From Candidatus Parcubacteria bacterium (GTDB lineage: Bacteria; Patescibacteriota; Minisyncoccia; Phycocordibacterales; PALSA-1337): 59,326 nucleotides of DNA. Where the stretch lies: the NCBI GenBank assembly GCA_039799225.1, contig JBDLTF010000006.1:1-59326 (forward strand), written 5' to 3'. The translations under genes and the position numbers were made by a program. The notes under the pieces were generated by a model. The model saw nothing but the letters and a program-made list of their open reading frames with translations, did not search any database and was not told where the DNA came from. Position 1 is the first letter of the stretch, and the number at the start of each line of letters is the position of its first letter. Shown piece by piece: positions 1 through 9,535 of the stretch.

Positions 1-1
1 C

Positions 2-121
2 AACGCTTACCAAGAAAACTACTTGGGCGCCATGTACTCAGGATGCGGCGGCGGGTATCTATTCGTCATCTCCGACAAACCAGTTCCGGGTGCATTCAAA
101 ATCAAAATCAAAACTCGCTAG
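2..121 (+). CDS. 3' end of a GHMP-kinase-like gene (partial, runs off the window start)
   Basis: Frame 2 reads NAYQENYLGAMYSGCGGGYLFVISDKPVPGAFKIKIKTR then TAG at 119-121. The Gly-rich SGxGGG..F segment resembles the C-terminal motif of GHMP sugar kinases. A hairpin terminator follows. Confidence 0.4.
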   Translation, partial: NAYQENYLGAMYSGCGGGYLFVISDKPVPGAFKIKIKTR

Positions 122-132
122 CACACATCACA

Positions 133-162
133 ACGGCACCGGATTTCCCTGTGCCGTTTTTT
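133..162 (+). terminator. intrinsic terminator hairpin between convergent genes
   Basis: ACGGCAC (133-139) pairs with GTGCCGT (151-157), followed by a T-run at 158-162. Confidence 0.6.
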
Positions 163-172
163 CATTCTCGAA

Positions 173-1024
173 CTATTCCCCCGTCACACTCTTGAGCAAA
201 CCAAGATCCTTCTTGGATGACCTGAGCAGGTCATAGTTCTTATCCTTGAAACTTTCGAGCGCCTCGATACCAGTAGCATCATTCGGATTACTCTTCTTGT
301 ATCCTTCAATGAATGCCTCGAAATCTTTGATGAAACAATTTCCTCCTGCGCCACGACCAGATTTGTGAACCGGTTGAATATGGTTGGTGCCGATACGTGG
401 ATCATGAGACATACCCTCAGCGACTGTATTCCAATCACATCCGAGCGAGGCAGAATAGTCATAGAGCATATTCATGTAGACGACCTTCGTATAAAAAAGA
501 CAATTGCCGCCATATTTGATAAGCTCAGCTTCTTGAGAAGAACAGATGAGCTCGTACGGCGGTTTCGGGAGGATCGCGAGAATCTGAGCAGCCTTCTTCT
601 TGTACTCATCAGAATCGACGGGCGTACCGACGATATTGCGCATAGGATGTCGAGCATCGTGTGCAGCCGTTACTTCGGTCAAGAATTCCGGTGAATGAAA
701 AACGAATATATCTGGATTCTCTTTCTGTATAGAAACTGTTGTACCAGGAAGGATGGTCGACTTTATTACCGCGATTTTACCTTTGCCGACGAGTTTAATC
801 ACCTCGCGAATGAGATGATCGTCAAACCCTTTTGGAGTTGTGGGAGTTGGCACAGCGATGAACACCATATCGCATTCTCCGATAGCATCTTTGTTACCAA
901 TATGTGCAGGCTCCTGACTATAGCGGGTCACCGAGTATCCACGCTCCTCGAAATCATCAGCATAATTCTTGCCGATGAATCCTTGACCGATGAATCCAAT
1001 GCGAGGTTTTGGGGCGGAAATCAT
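173..1024 (-). CDS. UDP-glucose/GDP-mannose dehydrogenase family protein, short form
   Basis: 283-aa ORF with an N-terminal Rossmann motif GFIGQGFIG. GGNCFIKD resembles the catalytic-Cys GGxCxxKD motif of the family. It appears shorter than typical family members. Confidence 0.65.
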   Translation of the reverse strand: MISAPKPRIGFIGQGFIGKNYADDFEERGYSVTRYSQEPAHIGNKDAIGECDMVFIAVPTPTTPKGFDDHLIREVIKLVGKGKIAVIKSTILPGTTVSIQKENPDIFVFHSPEFLTEVTAAHDARHPMRNIVGTPVDSDEYKKKAAQILAILPKPPYELICSSQEAELIKYGGNCLFYTKVVYMNMLYDYSASLGCDWNTVAEGMSHDPRIGTNHIQPVHKSGRGAGGNCFIKDFEAFIEGYKKSNPNDATGIEALESFKDKNYDLLRSSKKDLGLLKSVTGE

Positions 1025-1083
1025 AGAGAGATTCGTACGAGGTATAATACACTATTCGGCATTTTTGTGTTACTTTTATCTGC

Positions 1084-2229
1084 ATGAAGATAGTCATAGC
1101 AACCCCCATCTACCCTCCCGAGATCGGCGGCCCAGCCACCTATACCAAAGAGCTCTGCGAACGTCTCCACAGCGTCCACGATATTACGGTTGTTGCATAC
1201 ACCGACGTTGGTGCGGCATTCGAAGGGACCAAGCTCGTACCCGTGAGTAAGCGCAGACCTCTCCCGATTCGCCTCGCATTCTATATCCTCGCAGTATTCA
1301 AAGCTGCTCGCGGCGCAGATCTCATCTATGTGCAAAATGCCATGGCATCCGGTCTTCCTGTAGCGATTGTCTGTACGATTCTCCACAAACCATTCGTCCT
1401 CAAGTTTGTCGGTGATGAAGCGTGGGAACGTGCCACTCAGAAGCGCCTCACCAACAAGCGTCTCGAAGAATTCTTGGCTCACCCCGATGGTACCTGGAAA
1501 ATTCGTGCGATGATGCGCATTCAGGGTTGGGTACTCCGCCGTGCCGCATGTGTGACGACTCCTTCTGCGTATCTCTCCGAGGAATTGATCAAGACCTATG
1601 GAGTGCTCGCTGATCGTGCAATCGTGAATTACAATGCCGCAGAAGAAACCGAAGTTCTCCCTTTTGAACCGAAGCCTCCGGTAGCACACCAGATTGCTGT
1701 GACTGCACGCCTCACTGCCTGGAAAGGTATCGACGGCATCATTCGTGCCATGGCTATCATCCGCAAGAAATATCCTGATGCAAAAGTAATTATTGCTGGT
1801 GACGGACCAGAGACGGATACACTCAAGAAGCTCGCACATGATACCGGTGTCGAAGGAAATGTCTCCTTCCTCGGAAAAGTTTCGCGTGCCGAGACTTGGC
1901 ATGTCCGCAAGAATTCATCAGTCTATGTCCTCAACTCTACCTATGAAGGACTTCCTCACACCGTACTCACCAGCTTCGCCGCAGAGATACCCGTCATCGC
2001 TACGGATATTTCAGGGACCAATGAAGCGGTCTATCATGAGAAAACTGGTCTTCTTGTGAAGCCGGGCGATGATGCTGCGCTTGCTGCTGCAATAGAAAGA
2101 TTGTTCACTGATCAAGCGCTCTGCAAGAAATTGGTTGAAGGTGGCACGAAATTACTCAAAGAGAAATTCTCCTGGGAGGGGCATTTGAAAGGGTTGGAGG
2201 GGATCTTCAAAAAGATTACTGCGAAATAA
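1084..2229 (+). CDS. glycosyltransferase, GT4-like (GT-B fold)
   Basis: 381-aa ORF with ATG at 1084. The C-terminal region STYEGLPHTVLTSFAAEIPVIATDISGTNEAV is typical of the GT4 EX7E region. Confidence 0.8.
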   Translation: MKIVIATPIYPPEIGGPATYTKELCERLHSVHDITVVAYTDVGAAFEGTKLVPVSKRRPLPIRLAFYILAVFKAARGADLIYVQNAMASGLPVAIVCTILHKPFVLKFVGDEAWERATQKRLTNKRLEEFLAHPDGTWKIRAMMRIQGWVLRRAACVTTPSAYLSEELIKTYGVLADRAIVNYNAAEETEVLPFEPKPPVAHQIAVTARLTAWKGIDGIIRAMAIIRKKYPDAKVIIAGDGPETDTLKKLAHDTGVEGNVSFLGKVSRAETWHVRKNSSVYVLNSTYEGLPHTVLTSFAAEIPVIATDISGTNEAVYHEKTGLLVKPGDDAALAAAIERLFTDQALCKKLVEGGTKLLKEKFSWEGHLKGLEGIFKKITAK

Positions 2230-2257
2230 AAAACCACTGTCTCACAACAATGGTTTT
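2229..2257. terminator. bidirectional hairpin terminator between convergent genes
   Basis: AAAACCACTG pairs with CAATGGTTTT (one mismatch), flanked by A- and T-runs. It sits between the stop codons at 2229 and 2258. Confidence 0.55.
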
Positions 2258-3217
2258 TTATTTCACCCTCTTCTCTTTGAACCACTCCACCAACCTCCCC
2301 ATTCCATCTTCAAGAGATACTTTCGGTTCCCACCCAATCAATTTCTTCGCTTTTGAAATATCTGCACAAGTCGTCTCTACGCTTGCGGAATGACTTGGAC
2401 GCATCTTGCGAGTTGCCGTCTTACCTGTCGCCTTTTCAAGAATCGCGAGTAATTCAAGAAGCGTGGTTGGGTTGCTGTTTCCAATATTCAAGACCTCATA
2501 CCCAAGTGGCTTCTGCATCGCGAGAACTGTTGCGTCGGCAACATCACCTACATAGGTATAGTCACGCTTACGAGATCCATCACCAGAGATTTCGATCTCT
2601 TTTCCTGCAAGCAATGCATTGGTCCAGACATACGGAACCATTCCGGGACGATTGTTCTCACCATACGCATTAAAGTAACGAAGGCAGGTGACATTCAAAC
2701 CGAAGTTGTGATGATACGCGTATGCGAAAAGTTCAGTCGCGCGCTTGGTAGCACCGTATGGAGAAAGTGGCATATCAGCAGTCTCTGATTCAACCCACGG
2801 GAATCGTGGTGTATTTCCGTACACCGAAGAAGATGAGGCCATGGCTATATTCTTGACCTTGTAGTCGCGCGCAAAATCGAGCACATTGAGTGTGCCGTTG
2901 ATATTTACATCGACATATTCACCGGGATTGTCGACAGCATTGCGCGTATCGGCGAGTGCGGCGAGATGGATAACATATGCAGGCTTCTCTTGTTCGAAGA
3001 CTGCTTTGAGAGCCGCTTTGTCACGAATATCGACACGTTCAAGCTTGAATACATTCGGATACGCAAGAAGAGGTGCTACATTATCTTCTTTGAATGTAGG
3101 ATCATAGACATCATTGAAGTTATCGACACAGACGACGCGGTATCCAGCGTCGATAAGCTTGCGGACCACATGGGACCCGATAAATCCTGCGCCACCTGTT
3201 ATGAGTACGGTATCCAT
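2258..3217 (-). CDS. NAD-dependent sugar-nucleotide epimerase/dehydratase (extended SDR; UDP-glucuronate/glucose 4-epimerase-like)
   Basis: ITGGAGFIGSH Rossmann motif and SPYGATK (YxxxK). Start taken at the ATG giving MDTVLITGG (3217), not the ORF-track start at 3283. Confidence 0.85.
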   Translation of the reverse strand: MDTVLITGGAGFIGSHVVRKLIDAGYRVVCVDNFNDVYDPTFKEDNVAPLLAYPNVFKLERVDIRDKAALKAVFEQEKPAYVIHLAALADTRNAVDNPGEYVDVNINGTLNVLDFARDYKVKNIAMASSSSVYGNTPRFPWVESETADMPLSPYGATKRATELFAYAYHHNFGLNVTCLRYFNAYGENNRPGMVPYVWTNALLAGKEIEISGDGSRKRDYTYVGDVADATVLAMQKPLGYEVLNIGNSNPTTLLELLAILEKATGKTATRKMRPSHSASVETTCADISKAKKLIGWEPKVSLEDGMGRLVEWFKEKRVK

Positions 3218-3258
3218 AGATTGCGGAAAGTCGCTCTGTACTATAGGATAAAACGGTG

Positions 3259-4356
3259 ATGAAATCAACGCACTCCGAAGCACAATGGAAGGAATATGTC
3301 GCCGAGCAACTCTCCAAAATATCTGCTCTGGTCAAACCTCTCGGGTTCGAACTCGACGAACATCAGCCTCATATAAGCGGTGAACGCTACCTTATGACGC
3401 GCAACAAGCTCGTGCTTGCAGCGACTAGAACTTCCGACAAGAAGATTGTCATCATAAAAGCGAGCAACCATCCTGATGGTCAGAAAGAAATCTCCACCGA
3501 GAAGACTGCGCGTGACACTCTCATGTCGATTGATTTCGCCTCTGAATACATCCTCTTCCCTGCAGAAATATATTTTGGAACAAAGGATGGATACATGTTC
3601 TGGATCGCTGAATATGTCCCTCAGGACAAAGTCTTCGTTGATCACTCGACCGAGGAACAGTTCTTCCTCATCTTGCGCGCATTCGAGGCACAGGAATCAT
3701 TCCACGCAACCACTTTTGAGCATTTGAAAACTATCCAGAAAAACTTCACCGTCTTCGGTCCAGAAAAGTATGTCGAGTCATTCAAGGAATTCCCGGGGAA
3801 ACTCCACGCCGCACTCGCTGAAATACAAGCTGATACTCAACCTCTCACTGATGCGTTCAAGCTACTCCAGTCCAATTCCGCTATTCTCGGCAAATACGCC
3901 AACTATCTGACACATACCGACTTCGTGCCACACAATTTCCGTGTACGCGACCACGCCCTCTACATGCTCGATTGTTCTGCGGTGCACTTCGGTAACAAGT
4001 ACGAAGGTTGGGCACGCTTCCTAAACTACATGCTCATCCACAATCCCAAGCTCGAACAAGTCTTGAGTACATATATCCGCAGCAACCGTGGTGCCGACGA
4101 ATACCTCGATCTCCGCTTGATGCGCACCTATAAGATTGGCTATCTGCTCGAATACTATGCCCGATCTCTCGAGAAGACCTCTGGAGACCTGCGTGAGCTC
4201 ACCAAGCTGCGTTTGTCATTCTGGCTAGAAATGCTCAAAGCCGTAGTCAACGATGTACAGCCTGACGCGAAGATATCTGAAGATTATCGAAAGGGACGCG
4301 ACGGACTACGTTCACCAGAAGAGAAAGAGAGACAGCAAGAATTCGCGAAGGCGTAG
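3259..4356 (+). CDS. phosphotransferase-family (APH/choline-kinase-like) protein
   Basis: HTDFVPHNF matches the HxDxxxxN catalytic-loop pattern, followed by MLDCSAVHFGNKYEGWARFL. The first ATG is at 3259; the track start at 3256 is GTG. Confidence 0.55.
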   Translation: MKSTHSEAQWKEYVAEQLSKISALVKPLGFELDEHQPHISGERYLMTRNKLVLAATRTSDKKIVIIKASNHPDGQKEISTEKTARDTLMSIDFASEYILFPAEIYFGTKDGYMFWIAEYVPQDKVFVDHSTEEQFFLILRAFEAQESFHATTFEHLKTIQKNFTVFGPEKYVESFKEFPGKLHAALAEIQADTQPLTDAFKLLQSNSAILGKYANYLTHTDFVPHNFRVRDHALYMLDCSAVHFGNKYEGWARFLNYMLIHNPKLEQVLSTYIRSNRGADEYLDLRLMRTYKIGYLLEYYARSLEKTSGDLRELTKLRLSFWLEMLKAVVNDVQPDAKISEDYRKGRDGLRSPEEKERQQEFAKA

Positions 4357-4359
4357 AGA

Positions 4360-5142
4360 TTACTTCCCTGCGTCTACAATTTCCTGAAACAGCGCTTTTG
4401 TAGCGACTGAAAATACCTTTTGCGGCTTATCACTCAACTCAGCCTGATTTCCATTCTCGTCATAGATCTCACCTCCTGCCTCTCGTAGTATTCCAACAGC
4501 TGAAGAAATATCTTTAGTGGTGAGCGTTCCATACACAGACGCATCCACTCTCCCTGCGGCGACGAAACAGATATCGAGTGCGGACGAGCCGAGGTTGAGA
4601 TTTTTCTTCGCGGTAGCGAGCAATGTTCTCTGTAGTTTAAGACCCCAATCAGCGAGCTCAGGTTTGCGGCCGATATGGAGCAAGACATGTGCATCAGAAA
4701 GTTTTTCAATAGTACGAACCTTGATCGGTGAACCATTCAAGGATGCACCTGCACCGTTTTCGAAGCTAAATAAATCTTTAGTAACAGGATTGTACACTGC
4801 ACCGACTACAGGCTGACCATTTTCAACATACCCAATACAGACTGCATAGTGAGGAATTCCTTGGGAAAAATTTGAAGTGCCATCTATAGGGTCGATGGTC
4901 CAAAATGATCCTGACTCATCAATAGAGCTAGCTGATTCCTCAGAATAAACAATCTCTCCAGGAAATGTCGCTTTAATCGCTTTCTTAATGAATTCATCGA
5001 CGACAATATCGACTGAGGTAACGAGATCGCGACTATCGCCATTCTTGGAAGAAACAGTGAATTTTTCCTCGCGTGTCTTGAGCAGAAGTTCACCTGCTTC
5101 GATGATGGTGGAGAGGATAAATGAGGAGCGGTTGGTGGTCAT
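4360..5142 (-). CDS. inositol monophosphatase family protein (SuhB/IMPase-like)
   Basis: WTIDPIDGTSNF and upstream YSEES metal-binding motifs. Start at the ATG giving MTTNRSSF (5142). Confidence 0.85.
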   Translation of the reverse strand: MTTNRSSFILSTIIEAGELLLKTREEKFTVSSKNGDSRDLVTSVDIVVDEFIKKAIKATFPGEIVYSEESASSIDESGSFWTIDPIDGTSNFSQGIPHYAVCIGYVENGQPVVGAVYNPVTKDLFSFENGAGASLNGSPIKVRTIEKLSDAHVLLHIGRKPELADWGLKLQRTLLATAKKNLNLGSSALDICFVAAGRVDASVYGTLTTKDISSAVGILREAGGEIYDENGNQAELSDKPQKVFSVATKALFQEIVDAGK

Positions 5143-5270
5143 GAAAATATAATTAAGTGGCCTAATTGTAGCTTGTTTAAGGAGATTATCTAATTGACAT
5201 GCGCTTATAAATATGTTAATAAGATAAGGAAACAGAACAACAAAAATCAATATATAGAAGGATTCACTAC

Positions 5271-5936
5271 ATGAAAGTACGCATATCTATCGGGAACATC
5301 GCTACTCGATTCCTAGACACTTCAAATGGAAAGATCACTCACCTCGCTATTCTCAATTCGGGAGCTTGGAAAAAGGGCGACCTGCTCTTCGGTGCCATCG
5401 GCGGAGCGGCAGAACTGACTCCTACAGGTCGTACCTATCTTGAGAAAACATACCGCGCAACGGATTTCTACAAGAATGACGCTCGGTTCATCATTGATGA
5501 ACAGCATCTCGATATGGTTATGCGCTTCTTCCAAATGCGCGACCCTTTATTTTTCGAGATTGAACCTCTTCGGGAAATCATCGAGGAACTCACTACGACT
5601 GAGTTCCCTACGATAAGTGAGCGGCCTGGAATACTTCCGATACTCACCACCTCCGAAGCACTTCGATTTGATATCGTATATCATCGAACAGTCCGACAAC
5701 CTATCCCAAAAATGGGAGTGGGTACTTCGCCTCTCGAACAGAAAGATGTCCCTTCTCGACGACTCTTCCACGAGTTCACCATGATTGGCTCGCAAGAACT
5801 CTTGGACAAAATGCTCGCCTCGAAAGCAGTAATTGCATTGACTGAAAGCGAGCTTGCTTCTACTCAAGGTGGCACTTGCAAAGGTACGACAGCAAATGGG
5901 ATGGCGGCCATCGCCGATAATATCGGCCTTCTGTAG
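5271..5936 (+). CDS. hypothetical protein (221 aa, soluble)
   Basis: Clean ORF with ATG at 5271, followed by a strong terminator. I recognise no motif with confidence. Confidence 0.6.
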   Translation: MKVRISIGNIATRFLDTSNGKITHLAILNSGAWKKGDLLFGAIGGAAELTPTGRTYLEKTYRATDFYKNDARFIIDEQHLDMVMRFFQMRDPLFFEIEPLREIIEELTTTEFPTISERPGILPILTTSEALRFDIVYHRTVRQPIPKMGVGTSPLEQKDVPSRRLFHEFTMIGSQELLDKMLASKAVIALTESELASTQGGTCKGTTANGMAAIADNIGLL

Positions 5937-5953
5937 CACACCACTCGAAACAC

Positions 5954-5983
5954 AAACGGGAAGATTCAATCTTCCCGTTTTTT
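5954..5983. terminator. bidirectional intrinsic terminator
   Basis: CGGGAAGAT (5957-5965) pairs with ATCTTCCCG (5969-5977). AAA lies before it and TTTTTT after it. Confidence 0.8.
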
Positions 5984-5989
5984 AATACC

Positions 5990-7147
5990 CTATCTCCCCT
6001 CCATCCACCTCTTCATCTCCTTCGCAATCCCCTCCCATCCATATTTCTCATCGACCATCTTCTTCGCATTCCTCACCATATAGTCGCGTGATTCACGGTC
6101 CTTCATAAGCTTCTCAACTTTGAGGGCAATACTCTTGGGATCGTTCACTCCACAGAAGAGGCCAGTCTCACCATCGACAAGGAAGTCCAAGATACCCCCA
6201 ACCGGCGTCGCGATGACAGGAATCTCAGCGGCCATAGCTTCCAAGAATGAATTTCCGAGACCTTCAGAGAGTGATGGGCGGATAAATATGTCAGAAACCT
6301 GCACACGCTTCGCCATTTCTGCGTGCGGCATGAAGCCGAGGAACATAACTCTATCTTCGAGCTTAAGCTCAGCAGTTTGTGCCTTGAGCTCATACTCAAG
6401 TTGACCACTGCCCATAATAACGAATTTTACATTCGCAGGAAGATGTTCGAGAGCGGCGATAACATCGGCAATACCGTTCTTAGGAACCAACCGAGAAGTT
6501 GTGACGAGAAATACATCGCCATTTTTCTTGCCGAGCTTTTCTTTGACTTCGAGTGCCTCTTTGTCAGAAATCTTCGTGGAAAATATACTTGCGTCGACAC
6601 CATTTGGAATCACAGTAATAGGACAGGTTGCGCCCATTTGTTTTGACCAATCAGCAAGAAAGTTCGAAATACACTGAATGCGGGCGGAATGCTTGAATAT
6701 TTGTCTGAAAAACCAATTGAGGATTCCTGCACGGCGCTCGAAGTTGTCTCCTTCTTGGACAGTAAGGAGCATAGGTACTTCGGGGAAAAATTTCTTGAAG
6801 ATGAGTGCAGCAAATCCGCCATAGCTCGCCATGATTGGCCAGACGGCATCATATGGTTTCTCTTTATGCAGAAAAATTGATTTGAGTCCGGCCAGTGGTA
6901 TGTAGAGAATCTTCGACCAAGGAAAAAGTTTCGAGCCCTGAGTGTTCCTACCACTCCATGGAAAACCGACACGATGAACATTGATGTTACCGATACGCTC
7001 GAATACAGGAGCATGCTTGCGGAGAGTGATCATGTCGAACTCAATCTCGGAAGAATCGATGCGATCAGCAATCTCCTTCACAGCGACTTCTGCCCCTCCG
7101 ATGGCGCGGGGATAATATACGAGCGAGAATATGAGGACGCGGCGCAT
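5990..7147 (-). CDS. glycosyltransferase, GT4-like
   Basis: 385 aa. PSLSEGLGNSFLEAMAAEIPVIATPVGGILDFLVDGETG is a typical GT4 C-terminal signature. Confidence 0.8.
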   Translation of the reverse strand: MRRVLIFSLVYYPRAIGGAEVAVKEIADRIDSSEIEFDMITLRKHAPVFERIGNINVHRVGFPWSGRNTQGSKLFPWSKILYIPLAGLKSIFLHKEKPYDAVWPIMASYGGFAALIFKKFFPEVPMLLTVQEGDNFERRAGILNWFFRQIFKHSARIQCISNFLADWSKQMGATCPITVIPNGVDASIFSTKISDKEALEVKEKLGKKNGDVFLVTTSRLVPKNGIADVIAALEHLPANVKFVIMGSGQLEYELKAQTAELKLEDRVMFLGFMPHAEMAKRVQVSDIFIRPSLSEGLGNSFLEAMAAEIPVIATPVGGILDFLVDGETGLFCGVNDPKSIALKVEKLMKDRESRDYMVRNAKKMVDEKYGWEGIAKEMKRWMEGR

Positions 7148-7186
7148 TGCATCTTCATGATGGCATATATAGCCTCAAGATGACAA

Positions 7187-9205
7187 CTAGTCTATATCGA
7201 GCACGTTCTTGAGCACTTCTTCAGGAACTTCCTTGGGCTTCTCTTTCTCATCAGCCACCGGAGCAGCTTTCACTTCTTTTTCTATCTGAGCCTTTGATTC
7301 GGTGAACACAATCTTCGGCAATGGTTTCAATTTCTCAGCAGATTTGAGCGCAGGAATAGCGATTGGAGCGTCAGAGGATGGGGCAGTTTTTGGCGTTTCG
7401 CTTTTCTTCGCCATCGCGGCGGCAAGCGCATTCTTGAGACCACTTACATTCTCTTTCGTCTGAGCCTTGGGATCATGGCGTGGAGACTGAGGCTTGGACT
7501 CGAGCGTAGACAGAGAGACTGGTTTTGTCGCTTCTGGTGCAGGCTTCGGAGTAAGAGGTTTAGATTCTGAAGCAACAACTTTCACAGGCTCTATCGCCTT
7601 AGGTTTCGCCATTGCAGTAGCGAGTGCATCTTTGAGGCTTGGATGACCTTCAAGTTCAGGCTTAGGAACTGCAGTTGCGAGAGGTTGCTTCTTCACTGGA
7701 GCTACAGGAACAGGTGCTGACGCAATAACTGGCTTAGGTGCAGGAGCTGGCGCTTGAGCAACTGGAACAACAGGTTTAGGAACGGGAGTAACTGGTGCGA
7801 CTACAACTGGTTGGATCTTAGGCATTGCAGCAAGCGAAGCAGAACCAACCTTAGGAGATGGTTTCTCACGATCACCAAGCGCTTCAATTTTCTTCATCGC
7901 TGGTGTCGAGTCATGGAACTTCGAAATCTCCACTTCGACTTCAGCCTTTGGCTTCGAGAACTGCTCGCGAGATGCAGCAAGAATCTCCTCGACGTATGAC
8001 GTGTCAGGATGCGCTATTGGTGGCAAAGTTGTAGCTGAGAATGGTGACGAGCTCAAACCATCAATCATGAGTTTGAGATAGATCTGCGCGAAACCGAGGT
8101 TGACCAAGTCTTCAAGCACAAAGACTGGTGCAAATTCTTTTTCGAATACTTCACCATCAGTCGCACCAACACGGAATGCAATCATGGTTCCCACGTTACC
8201 AAATACCGCAGGACGGACGATCTCATCCATCTGTTCAATGTACTGGTGCGCAATTGTAAGATTGAGTTTGTATTTTCGAGCTTCAGAGAGAATATCTGCA
8301 AATGATGCGTTGGCGAAGTTCTGGAACTCGTCCACGAAAAGGTAGAAGTTCGGAAGCATCTTCATGACGCGATCTGGCACATCTGCGCGTGACATAGCTG
8401 CGAGATATATTTTGGTAACAAGGAGACCCCCGAGAAGTTTCATATTCTCATCACCAATCCTTCCCTTTGAAAGGTTAATGATAATAATCTTGCGCTCATC
8501 CATCGCCTTACGGAAATCGAATGAGGACTTGGACTGACCGATCATATTCCTGATGAGTGGATTGGCGGTGAACTGACCAACTTTGTTCTGAATAGCAGGA
8601 ACTGCCTCAGCCGCCATACGTTCGGTATAGTTGGCAAACTCTTTGACCCAGAATGACTTCACCGAAGGATCAGTGACATGCGAAATGATTTCATTCCTGT
8701 ACGCCTTGTCGGAGAGCATACGGTTCACACCGAGGAGTGTAGTGTCTGGCGCTTCGAGAAGTGCGAGGAGTGTGTTGGTGAGGATGTATTCCATACGCGC
8801 AGACCATGCATCTTCCCAAATCTTCTTGAAAGTACTCATGAGTCCACCGACGACGAGATGTCTCTTCTCTGGACTAACACTCTCGAGCACGTTGAAGGAG
8901 ATTGGATTTTCGAGGTCAAAAGGCGCAATAACAATCACGTCACGAATACGATCCTTGGGCACATATTCGAGCATGAGATCAGCTGTCTTTCCGTGCGGAT
9001 CGATGAAGCACATGCCTTCGCCGCCCTGGATGTCCTGGACGGCCATGTTCTCGAGAAGAGTAGACTTTCCCATACCCGTCTTTCCGATGACGTACACGTG
9101 GCGTGTACGGTCTTTGGCCTTGATGCCAAACTTGAGGCGCTTGTTACGAGCGTCAGTTTCGCCGAAATAGGTTATGCGATTCTCATCGGTGGATACAGGA
9201 GCCAT
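7187..9205 (-). CDS. P-loop ATPase of the TraD/TraG/VirD4 (type IV coupling protein-like) family with a Pro/Ala/Lys-rich C-terminal tail
   Basis: Walker A VIGKTGMGKST, Walker B LFVDEFQNF, and KYKLNLTIAHQ. I saw no TM segment. Start preferred at 9205 (MAPVST) because TGgTACAAT lies at 9216-9224; an alternative ATG is at 9214. Confidence 0.7.
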   Translation of the reverse strand: MAPVSTDENRITYFGETDARNKRLKFGIKAKDRTRHVYVIGKTGMGKSTLLENMAVQDIQGGEGMCFIDPHGKTADLMLEYVPKDRIRDVIVIAPFDLENPISFNVLESVSPEKRHLVVGGLMSTFKKIWEDAWSARMEYILTNTLLALLEAPDTTLLGVNRMLSDKAYRNEIISHVTDPSVKSFWVKEFANYTERMAAEAVPAIQNKVGQFTANPLIRNMIGQSKSSFDFRKAMDERKIIIINLSKGRIGDENMKLLGGLLVTKIYLAAMSRADVPDRVMKMLPNFYLFVDEFQNFANASFADILSEARKYKLNLTIAHQYIEQMDEIVRPAVFGNVGTMIAFRVGATDGEVFEKEFAPVFVLEDLVNLGFAQIYLKLMIDGLSSSPFSATTLPPIAHPDTSYVEEILAASREQFSKPKAEVEVEISKFHDSTPAMKKIEALGDREKPSPKVGSASLAAMPKIQPVVVAPVTPVPKPVVPVAQAPAPAPKPVIASAPVPVAPVKKQPLATAVPKPELEGHPSLKDALATAMAKPKAIEPVKVVASESKPLTPKPAPEATKPVSLSTLESKPQSPRHDPKAQTKENVSGLKNALAAAMAKKSETPKTAPSSDAPIAIPALKSAEKLKPLPKIVFTESKAQIEKEVKAAPVADEKEKPKEVPEEVLKNVLDID

Positions 9206-9337
9206 ATATACCATTATTGTACCATAATAAAACCCCGCCGCTCGATGAGCGACGGGGTAGACTTTTAACTGGTCTCCTTAGTCCAGCCTGGGGTTATTAT
9301 TAATCAACACATTCCACTTTGTTCTGACCGGAGCGCA

Positions 9338-9535
9338 TTAAATGCGGTGACGGTTGTTCTGAGTTGTCGCGCTCTCCCGACGATCACGCGAGTCTGCGAG
9401 ATCCGCATGAGTAGCTGGGACGGTTCCAAACGGAACTCCGAGAATGCTCATGGCATTCGCCGGCGCCGTGTGAACTCGTACAGGTTTGGGAGTTTTTGCA
9501 ACTACAGAACCAGTGGAGGAGGTTTGAGTTTCCAT
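9338..9535 (-). CDS. possible small protein (65 aa), uncertain
   Basis: ATG ORF in a 475-nt gap between genes, followed by a GC-rich hairpin at about 9229-9262. No recognisable motif. Confidence 0.2.
   Translation of the reverse strand: METQTSSTGSVVAKTPKPVRVHTAPANAMSILGVPFGTVPATHADLADSRDRRESATTQNNRHRI

Noticed and set aside
1021-1902. 293-aa ORF antisense to the GT4 gene at 1084-2229
   Set aside because: It fully overlaps a gene with clear glycosyltransferase motifs on the other strand. Its sequence is Cys/Arg-rich and low-complexity with no motifs, which is the typical shadow-ORF pattern.
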